Position numbers and translations under genes: made by a program. A DNA stretch of 24,000 nt from an uncultured Fibrobacterota bacterium (GTDB taxonomy: Bacteria > Fibrobacterota > Chitinivibrionia > Chitinivibrionales > Chitinispirillaceae). Positions 17,626-24,000 of the stretch are shown here, one piece after another. The notes under the pieces were generated by a model. That model was not told the origin of the DNA and searched no databases. It saw only the letters and a program-made list of their open reading frames with translations. Within the stretch, counting starts at the first letter, position 1. Every line of letters begins with the position of its first letter. Location of the stretch: positions 257,728 through 281,727 of the forward strand of contig CAWJXL010000002.1 of assembly GCA_963846695.1 (NCBI GenBank). The letters run 5' to 3'.

Positions 17626-18042
17626 TTATTCAACCGGCAGCATCGTCCCTAATGTTAAACCCGATATCCCACCGATTATCGCCCAAGGCCCACCAATCAA
17701 TTTTCCGATGCCGAGCCCGGCGACGCAACATAGAAGGATATTAATTGTTTGCTTCTCCTGCTTACGTTCGAAGGAAAGAGGTGCTCGCGTTTGCCCATGC
17801 CACCTGCGCGCAGTGCGAGTGGACCTCGTGCCCTTCTCAAGATTGCAAGGAATACAGGCAGGCAGGAGATTGGTGAGGCGGTCCGAACCGCCTTGTGATT
17901 TGGGAACCGAATGATCGATATGCCACGCACCGCGGAAGCTATAGTCACCATAATTTGAAAAAGCCAGATTCTTTCTACATATATGGCAACGTCCATCCGT
18001 TTTATTAAAAATCACGTTTAGCATCTCATTATCAATGAGCAT
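17626..18042 (-). CDS. HNH endonuclease with C-terminal glycine-zipper/transmembrane tail
   Basis: HNH motifs are CHIC...WHIDHSVPKSQGGSD...NLLPACIPCNLEKG. The C-terminal 35 aa ILLCCVAGLGIGKLIGGPWAIIGGISGLTLGTML are hydrophobic with repeated GxxxG. GGAGGG lies upstream of the ATG. Confidence 0.8.
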   Translation of the reverse strand: MLIDNEMLNVIFNKTDGRCHICRKNLAFSNYGDYSFRGAWHIDHSVPKSQGGSDRLTNLLPACIPCNLEKGTRSTRTARRWHGQTRAPLSFERKQEKQTINILLCCVAGLGIGKLIGGPWAIIGGISGLTLGTMLPVE

Positions 18043-18099
18043 ACACCCTCCGGGAATTAAAAATGCTTCAAGAAAAAAATAGTTTGCTGCAAAAAGGTT

Positions 18100-18393
18100 T
18101 TATTTTTTGCCGCATGTCTCGCTGACATTTGCCGATACGAGTTTTGTTGAATCACCTACCTCAAGGGATTTACCCTTTTCTGCATTATGAGATTTGCACA
18201 AGGGAACAATGTACCAACTATTATCCGTTGAGTTATCCTTCTGCACATGTGCACCCACCTCAGTTTTTTCATAGCAGCTTAATACCGGGCAATAGATGGA
18301 AATTGATAGTCCGCTAAATTTTTTCCAATGATCAAGCCAACTTCCACATTTGCAGGTATTATCACTTGTTCCATTAATATTTCTTATTTTCAT
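18100..18393 (-). CDS. Cys/His-rich 97-aa protein with His-Me-finger-like signature (putative minimal HNH-type nuclease or zinc-binding protein)
   Basis: The pattern CKCGSWLDHW...CPVLSC...GAHV...YIVPLCKSHNAEKG resembles a beta-beta-alpha-metal finger with flanking zinc ligands. AAGGAG lies upstream of the ATG, and the gene ends 57 nt upstream of the HNH gene. Confidence 0.6.
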   Translation of the reverse strand: MKIRNINGTSDNTCKCGSWLDHWKKFSGLSISIYCPVLSCYEKTEVGAHVQKDNSTDNSWYIVPLCKSHNAEKGKSLEVGDSTKLVSANVSETCGKK

Positions 18394-18503
18394 ACGATTC
18401 TCCTTAATCTTCAGATTGATGTTAATTTTTCATTTCCCAAAGCTGGGTGAACTTGAAAATGCAAGGTTATTGAACTGATTTTTCCGATAAAATCCAAAGA
18501 CGA

Positions 18504-18704
18504 TTATCCTTTGGGTCTGTCACCTTCGCGGATTTGACCATTCCGGCGGTGTATGAAGAGTTCTGTGTGCTGATTCTGGGCAATACTACGAGCGGCATCG
18601 ATGGCTTCGCCTTGCGTCGTATAAAAAGAAGTCATGCGTTCGCTGCCTTCCGCCCTGATTCCCCACTGACCATCTGACGGTACAACATGCTGGTTTCTCC
18701 CCAT
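18504..18704 (-). CDS. DUF2188 domain-containing protein
   Basis: HVVPSDGQWGIRAEGSERMTSFYTTQGEAIDAARSIAQNQHTELFIHRRNGQI matches the DUF2188 pattern as I recall it. AAGGAG lies upstream of the ATG. Confidence 0.72.
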   Translation of the reverse strand: MGRNQHVVPSDGQWGIRAEGSERMTSFYTTQGEAIDAARSIAQNQHTELFIHRRNGQIREGDRPKG

Positions 18705-18750
18705 GATATGCTCCTTTTAAAGGTTTTCGGGGATGTTATCGATTGGCCTT

Positions 18751-18779
18751 AATATATATTTTGAGTGATCTATTGGCAA
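18751..18779 (-). promoter_or_regulatory. candidate sigma-70 promoter for the minus-strand cassette (TTGCCA-N17-TATATT)
   Basis: The hexamers and the 17-nt spacer were counted directly on the reverse complement. The -10 element is about 45 nt upstream of ATG 18704. Confidence 0.45.
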
Positions 18780-18801
18780 CAATTATTAGAGTTTGTATTA
18801 T
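18773..18801 (+). promoter_or_regulatory. candidate sigma-70 promoter for the XRE-ImmA-MTase operon (TTGGCA-N17-TATTAT)
   Basis: The hexamers and spacer were counted directly. Its -35 element overlaps the -35 of the divergent promoter within TTGGCAA at 18773-18779. Confidence 0.45.
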
Positions 18802-18806
18802 CTTAC

Positions 18807-18821
18807 GTTGGTAGAGCCAAC
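18807..18821. promoter_or_regulatory. operator-like inverted repeat GTTGG-N5-CCAAC just downstream of the -10 element
   Basis: Read directly from the sequence. It sits at the predicted transcription start of the XRE operon. Further TTGGC half-sites lie at about 18743, 18773 and 18834. Confidence 0.35.
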
Positions 18822-18864
18822 TTTTCCCATTGCTTGGCTTGATTCAACATTTTATTTTGATTGC

Positions 18865-19230
18865 ATGCCCCGTGGAAATAGAATCGAGAAGGTTTTTACA
18901 CTCATTGGCAAGAAAATCAGATCTGCACGATCAAAAACAGATTTATCCCAGGATGATCTTGCAGCAAAGGTCAAGCTTGAACGTTCTTCAATAGTCCTCA
19001 TAGAGAGCGGAAAGCAAAGGCTTCCCATTGACCGGCTCTATCTCGTTGCGCGTGAACTTGGGACAACACCGCAAAAACTACTGCCGGAAATGAAAGAAAT
19101 TTTTGAGGAAGCCGATATGGAAAATCCCGCAGTTACTATTCATGGCGGAACTATAGAAGGCAAGAATGAAATGGGAAAGAAGATATTAAAAATGCTTGAA
19201 CAGCAGAAAGGCGGAGGTAAACATACATGA
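18865..19230 (+). CDS. XRE-family helix-turn-helix transcriptional regulator
   Basis: IGKKIRSARSKTDLSQDDLAAKVKLERSSIVLIESGKQRLPIDRLYLVARELG is a classic HTH_3/XRE domain. I chose ATG 18865 over TTG 18793 because the predicted promoter lies inside the longer ORF. Confidence 0.85.
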   Translation: MPRGNRIEKVFTLIGKKIRSARSKTDLSQDDLAAKVKLERSSIVLIESGKQRLPIDRLYLVARELGTTPQKLLPEMKEIFEEADMENPAVTIHGGTIEGKNEMGKKILKMLEQQKGGGKHT

Positions 19231-19757
19231 GAAAAGACACGGTTGAAAGGAAGGCTCGTCTTCTTATCAACAAATGCAACATCAAGACTCCCCCTGTGGA
19301 CATAGTAATTATCGCTAATGGTTTGGATGTCCGCGTTACTAAGGCCAATCTACCTGATGATATTTCCGGCGTTTTGCAGAAGAATGCAACAGGAATAAGC
19401 ACAATAATGGTCAACAACGAGCATGCACCTGTTCGGCAGCGTTTCACCATTGCACATGAATTGGGGCACTACCTTCTTTCAGATAAAACAGGAGTCATTA
19501 TAGATCAGGCGATTTATTTTCGAGACTCACGGTCACAGGAAGCCGCCGATTATGATGAAATAGTTGCTAACACCTTTGCAGCGGAATTGCTGATGCCTAC
19601 ACCATTTGTTAAAAGTGCAATAAGCCGGATAATCAGCGGAGGCAGACTCAATGCACGCGATGACCTGATAAAAATGCTTGCCGATGATTTCAATGTCAGT
19701 ACAACCGCAATGAGCATAAAATTGCAAAATCTTGGATACCGTTTCTCGGTAGCTTAA
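19227..19757 (+). CDS. ImmA/IrrE-family zinc metallopeptidase
   Basis: HEXXH is present in FTIAHELGHYLL. The size and downstream EAADYDEIVANTFAAELLMP are typical of the family. It overlaps the XRE gene stop through ATGA. Confidence 0.88.
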   Translation: MRKDTVERKARLLINKCNIKTPPVDIVIIANGLDVRVTKANLPDDISGVLQKNATGISTIMVNNEHAPVRQRFTIAHELGHYLLSDKTGVIIDQAIYFRDSRSQEAADYDEIVANTFAAELLMPTPFVKSAISRIISGGRLNARDDLIKMLADDFNVSTTAMSIKLQNLGYRFSVA

Positions 19758-19774
19758 ACTGCAAGGCACCTACT

Positions 19775-22672
19775 ATGCCCAATAAGCGCTCCATTATCTC
19801 CACGTTCTCCCGCGCAACGCTTCTCGAAATTGCCCGCTCTTTTGAACTGCCGGGCCTTACCTCAAAGCCGAAAGAAGAAATCCTCGCTGCCCTCATGGGA
19901 AAACGAACTGCAACGATTGAAGAGATATTGAACACCCTGTCGGTAGCGGATATTAAGGCGATCTGCAAGGAATTCTCGATTCCCACCGGGTCGGCGAAGA
20001 AAGACGATCTTGTTGCAAGGCTCCTGAACGGCGAAGCCGGGGACCCGGAAGAAAACCTGGGTCCTAAAGGTAAGCCGCCGCAACCCGAAAAAACGACGCC
20101 AAAAAACTCAAATCAAAAAACCGGATTTCCTATGCCTAAAAGCGATTCAAACGGCAAGCCTATTGAACAATATACCCACGATAAGGAAGAACGGCTCAAT
20201 AACCCGCCGGTGGGTCTTGTGACCCCGCAGACCGATAAAGACGGCGCAAAGAAGAAATACGCCTACGACCCCCACCTTGACCCGCAGCTCCAATGGGCCG
20301 GGAAAGCCGAGCATACCAGCTTCGAAGTACCGACCGTGAGCCTGCACGTACACGAGCGGATCGACCCGAAGAGAATAATAGAACAGATTAAAAAAGAAGA
20401 GAAAAAAGACTCTGAACAAATTTCAATGTTCGAAACGCAGGAGCGGCCGCTCCGGGAAGCCATAGAATTTTATAAACATAAAGACGGATGGACCAACAGG
20501 CTCATTGCCGGTGATTCACTGCTTGTAATGAATTCGTTACTGGAAAAAGAGGGAATGGGCGGGAAGGTGCAGATGGTGTATTTTGACCCGCCGTATGGAA
20601 TCACATATAAAAGTAATTTTCAACCATTTACCAACAAAAAGGAAGTAAAAGATACCGATAATGATTTAGCTACTGAACCTGAAACGATCAAGGCATTTCG
20701 GGATACTTGGGAATTAGGAATTCACTCTTATCTGACTTACCTGCGCGACAGAATATTGCTCGCAAAAATGCTTATATCAGATTCTGGGTGCATATGTTTG
20801 CAGATGAATTCAGAAAATGTCGCCATTACTCGATTGCTTCTTGACGAGATATTTGGCATAAATAACTTGGTTGCCGATATCGTTTTTCGGAAAAAAAGCC
20901 TACCTCTCGGCGCCAAATACGTTGAGACAATGCACGATCACATTCTTTGCTATGCCAAGGATAAAGACCAATTTAAGTATCGCCAACTTTTTCAATATAT
21001 GGATGAGGTAACAAGTCATTGGAGATTCGCTTTACTACCAAATGGGGAAATCCTTCGAATTGCACCTCAGGAATTTCGTTCACCGCAACATCCGAAGGGC
21101 ACAAGATATTATCGGTTGTTCTCTCTAATTGCGCCTTCTTACAGCGCGAACACGGATTTCGTTTATAAATATAAGGGCAAAGAATATCGTCCACCGAGTA
21201 ATGGGTCATGGGTAGTAGACAAACAAAAGCTTGATAAGCTTGCTTTAATTGAAAGGCTTGAAATTGAAGGAAGCAGCATAAGTTATCGATTATTCTTTGA
21301 TGATTTTCCTTATCGAAAGCTTACAAACCTTTGGCTCGATGTTGCGGTATCCTACCAAAAGTTATATGCAGTCCAGACTACTGAGCAGGTAATTTCTCGC
21401 TGTTTATTAATGACCACCGATCCCGGCGATCTCGTCCTCGATATCACTTGCGGTTCCGGTACATCCGCATATGTCGCCGAACAGTGGGGCCGCCGCTGGG
21501 TCACCTGCGACACCTCCCGCGTCGCTATCACCCTCGCAAAACAGCGTCTCATGTCGGCTGTTTACGATTATTATGAGCTTGCGCAACCAGCAGAAGGAAT
21601 TTCCTCGGGCTTCAAATACAAAACGGTTCCGCACATCACGCTCAAGTCCATCGCCAATAACGAGCCCGCAGTCCCGGAGACTCTTTACGACCAGCCTTTA
21701 ATCGACACGAAAAGAAAGCGCGTCACCGGCCCCTTTACCGTCGAAGCCGTCCCCGCCCCTACGGTCAAATCCTTCGACGATATAGAGTCCGAAAACACCG
21801 GAGTTTCCGATACCTCGGTCGCCCGTTCCGGCGAGACCTTGCGGCAGTCGGAGTGGCGGGAAGAACTGCTCCGCACCGGGGTGCGCGGCAAGAACGGGCA
21901 GTATATTAAATTCAGCCGGATCGAGCCGATGAGCGGCACCCGGCATTTGCAGGCCGAAGGGGAAACGAAGTGGTCGGATGCCGGGGCAAATACGGTTCGC
22001 GAAGAGCCGAAGGAGTGGCGACCGCAACGGGTTTTAATCTGCTTCGGCCCGGAACATGCGCCGCTCGAACGGCGGACGGTAGAAAACGCCTGGCAGGAGG
22101 CGCGACCATTCAAGCCGGATATTCTGCTTTTCTGCGCTTTTCAGTTTGACGAAGAGGCGGCAAAGGATATCGACGAGCTAAAGCCGGAAATTGCCGGAAT
22201 GCAACTTCTGAAGGTGCAGATGAACGCTGATTTATTAACCGACGATCTTCGCAAGAAGCGGTCGAGCAATGAGAGCTTCTGGCTCATCGGGCAACCGGAC
22301 GTTGAATTGCGGGAGATCAAAAAGGGCGAACACAAGGGGAAGTATGAGATCGAGGTTTTGGGATTCGATTACTACAACCCGAAAACCGGGGTGGTCGAAT
22401 CAGGCGGCAAGCATCAGATTGCCATGTGGATGCTCGATACCGATTACGACGGAAGAAGCCTTTTCCCCTCTCAGGTATTTTTCCCCATGGCCGGGGAAAG
22501 CGAGGGGTGGGCGACACTCGCGCGAAATCTCCGCGCGGAAATCGATGAGGAAAAAATGGAAGCTTTTCGCGGCACGGTTTCGTTGCCCTTCAGCGCAGCC
22601 AGTGGGAAACAAGCGGCGGTGAAAATCGTGGATGACAGGGGAATTGAAAGCTTGAAGATTGTGAGGATATAG
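19775..22672 (+). CDS. site-specific DNA methyltransferase, beta-class N6A/N4C family, type III Mod-like, 965 aa with N-terminal tandem SAP/HeH-like motifs and a long C-terminal extension
   Basis: Motif IV, VQMVYFDPPYGI (DPPY at 20585-20596), precedes motif I, LVLDITCGSGTSAYVAEQWGRRWVTCD (about 21434-21500). The conserved blocks YDPHLDPQLQWAGK and MWMLDTDYDGRSLFPSQVFFPMAG are those I associate with long Mod-like enzymes. Confidence 0.92.
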   Translation: MPNKRSIISTFSRATLLEIARSFELPGLTSKPKEEILAALMGKRTATIEEILNTLSVADIKAICKEFSIPTGSAKKDDLVARLLNGEAGDPEENLGPKGKPPQPEKTTPKNSNQKTGFPMPKSDSNGKPIEQYTHDKEERLNNPPVGLVTPQTDKDGAKKKYAYDPHLDPQLQWAGKAEHTSFEVPTVSLHVHERIDPKRIIEQIKKEEKKDSEQISMFETQERPLREAIEFYKHKDGWTNRLIAGDSLLVMNSLLEKEGMGGKVQMVYFDPPYGITYKSNFQPFTNKKEVKDTDNDLATEPETIKAFRDTWELGIHSYLTYLRDRILLAKMLISDSGCICLQMNSENVAITRLLLDEIFGINNLVADIVFRKKSLPLGAKYVETMHDHILCYAKDKDQFKYRQLFQYMDEVTSHWRFALLPNGEILRIAPQEFRSPQHPKGTRYYRLFSLIAPSYSANTDFVYKYKGKEYRPPSNGSWVVDKQKLDKLALIERLEIEGSSISYRLFFDDFPYRKLTNLWLDVAVSYQKLYAVQTTEQVISRCLLMTTDPGDLVLDITCGSGTSAYVAEQWGRRWVTCDTSRVAITLAKQRLMSAVYDYYELAQPAEGISSGFKYKTVPHITLKSIANNEPAVPETLYDQPLIDTKRKRVTGPFTVEAVPAPTVKSFDDIESENTGVSDTSVARSGETLRQSEWREELLRTGVRGKNGQYIKFSRIEPMSGTRHLQAEGETKWSDAGANTVREEPKEWRPQRVLICFGPEHAPLERRTVENAWQEARPFKPDILLFCAFQFDEEAAKDIDELKPEIAGMQLLKVQMNADLLTDDLRKKRSSNESFWLIGQPDVELREIKKGEHKGKYEIEVLGFDYYNPKTGVVESGGKHQIAMWMLDTDYDGRSLFPSQVFFPMAGESEGWATLARNLRAEIDEEKMEAFRGTVSLPFSAASGKQAAVKIVDDRGIESLKIVRI

Positions 22673-22674
22673 CG

Positions 22675-24000
22675 ATGAACGGACAAAATCGGTTTGAGCC
22701 TATCGAACAGGCGCTTCTAAAACCGGCAGGTGCGCGGTTTTGGAAATGCGCCTTGCAAATTAATCCTTTTGATTATGCAAAGAATTTCCAAGGAGACAAA
22801 TCTGTCCAAAGCGAAGATGCCTATAATCGTGCTTTATGTGATGCATGCGTTACAAATAAAGTGGAAATTGTTGGCATTGCCGATCACGGCTCGGTTGAAA
22901 GGATCGATAATCTTCGTGCTATTCTTGAAAAGGTCTCTATTTGCGTTTTCCCTGGCTTCGAAATTGCAAGCACCGAAAAGATACATATGGTTTGCCTTTT
23001 TGAGCCCGGCACCCCGATAACAACTCTCAATCGGTATCTTGGAAATCTGGATATGACTGATTCTTCTGACCCAGTGCACCCATCAAATTTTAGCTGCCTT
23101 GAGTTAGGAAAAAAAATTCTTGATCTGGGCGGTATCTGGTATGCCGCACATATGACAGGGAATAACGGCTTATTAAAACTTGATGGCCCCGGAGATAATT
23201 ATAAGCATATCTGGGAAAATGAACATATAGTTCTTGCAGGTCAGATTCCCGGTTTGAAAAAAGATCTCCCGGAAAACTATTTGAAAATAATTGACAATAT
23301 TAACGTTGATTATTATCGCAACAGGAAAATTGCGGTTATTAATGCCAGAGATGTTTTCTTGCCGGAGGACATTTCGAATGCATCTTCCACCTGCCACATA
23401 AAAATGACTTTGCCGAGCATTGAAGCGCTGAAACAGGCATTTTTTGATCCTGAATCAAGAATCCGTCTGCAAGCCGAAATCGAGCATCACCCACCATCCA
23501 GAATTATCGCCATTGCCTGGGAAGGTAATTTTCTCGATGGAATCAGAATACATTTAGGCGAGAATCTTAATGCCTTGATTGGAGGACGCGGAACCGGAAA
23601 ATCCACCATAATCGAAACAATCCGATACGCATTTAATAAAGCTCCCCTTGGTGAGGAAGCCCGTAAAGCTTGTCTTGAAATTCTTAAATCAAATATGGGT
23701 TCTGGGACGCAGGTTAGCCTGAAAATTGCATCCCAGACAAGGCTCGGAAAAGAGTTCATAATTCGTCGTCGGTTTGGAGATCCTCCGGAGGTTTTTGATG
23801 ATGCGGGTATGCTCTCTCAATTTTCTCCTAATGAATTAATGCCAGGACTTCAAATTCTTGGCCAAAATGAAATAATTGAAATTGCGCGCAACACTGCAAG
23901 CCAGTATGAACTAATTAAAAAATTTATTCCCGACAGTGCTGCGCTTCAAAAACGGATTGCCGAAATACGAAAAAAACTTTCGGATAATCGAATGCGGCTT
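22675..24000 (+). CDS. PHP-like phosphoesterase domain fused to SMC/ABC-type (AAA-like) ATPase; 3' end beyond window
   Basis: My own translation from ATG 22675 (2 nt after the MTase stop) runs 442 codons without a stop to the window end. PHP-like blocks are VEIVGIADHGS, VFPGFEIAS, IHMVCLF and WYAAHM. The ATPase head has NLNALIGGRGTGKSTIIETIRYAF (Walker A at 23581-23607), followed by LGQNEIIE and a helical, coiled-coil-like stretch. Confidence 0.85.
   Translation, partial: MNGQNRFEPIEQALLKPAGARFWKCALQINPFDYAKNFQGDKSVQSEDAYNRALCDACVTNKVEIVGIADHGSVERIDNLRAILEKVSICVFPGFEIASTEKIHMVCLFEPGTPITTLNRYLGNLDMTDSSDPVHPSNFSCLELGKKILDLGGIWYAAHMTGNNGLLKLDGPGDNYKHIWENEHIVLAGQIPGLKKDLPENYLKIIDNINVDYYRNRKIAVINARDVFLPEDISNASSTCHIKMTLPSIEALKQAFFDPESRIRLQAEIEHHPPSRIIAIAWEGNFLDGIRIHLGENLNALIGGRGTGKSTIIETIRYAFNKAPLGEEARKACLEILKSNMGSGTQVSLKIASQTRLGKEFIIRRRFGDPPEVFDDAGMLSQFSPNELMPGLQILGQNEIIEIARNTASQYELIKKFIPDSAALQKRIAEIRKKLSDNRMRL

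Noticed and set aside
22730-23020. A 96-aa plus-strand ORF, plus minus-strand ORFs at 22834-23079, 23173-23397 and 23487-23759 listed in the track.
   Set aside because: All lie inside, and out of frame with, the 442-codon open frame starting at 22675. That frame has PHP-like and Walker A motifs, while these products look hydrophobic or low-complexity.
1-24000. CRISPR arrays, rRNA genes, and IS elements or transposases.
   Set aside because: I saw no regularly spaced 25-40-bp repeats, no rRNA-like conserved stretches and no transposase-like ORFs on either strand.

Overview
The window has two compositional parts. Positions 1 to about 17,000 are GC-rich chromosomal backbone; hand counts of single 60-nt lines give about 58-68% GC. 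It carries a long minus-strand run of housekeeping genes: waaA, holA, truA, an HtrA-type protease, a DUF4321 protein, a ferredoxin-nitroreductase, glgC, a sigma-70 factor, an EpmB-like radical SAM gene and a polysaccharide deacetylase. A plus-strand block follows: lipoprotein, outer-membrane beta-barrel, DUF4912, GH57 branching enzyme and a PEBP/YbhB protein. Four of these conserved genes (epmB-like, glgC, holA, waaA) are broken by five 1-nt frame shifts. At least two of the shifts sit at homopolymers, so consensus error is as likely as real decay. At about 17.0 kb GC drops (lines of 32-45%) and the content becomes accessory and defence-like. This part starts with a 630-bp non-coding AT-rich gap. 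A minus-strand cassette follows: DUF2188, a Cys-rich His-Me-finger-like 97-aa protein, and an HNH nuclease with a C-terminal glycine-zipper/TM tail. A tightly packed plus-strand operon runs divergently from it: XRE repressor, ImmA/IrrE metallopeptidase, a 965-aa Mod-like beta-class DNA methyltransferase, and an ORF absent from the supplied track (22675 to the window end). That ORF encodes a PHP-like phosphoesterase fused to an SMC/ABC-type ATPase head. This regulated MTase plus PHP-ATPase module, with no Res helicase in view, is my best candidate for an undescribed or poorly described defence system, and it is cut by the window edge. I found no tRNA, rRNA, CRISPR array, integrase or transposase.
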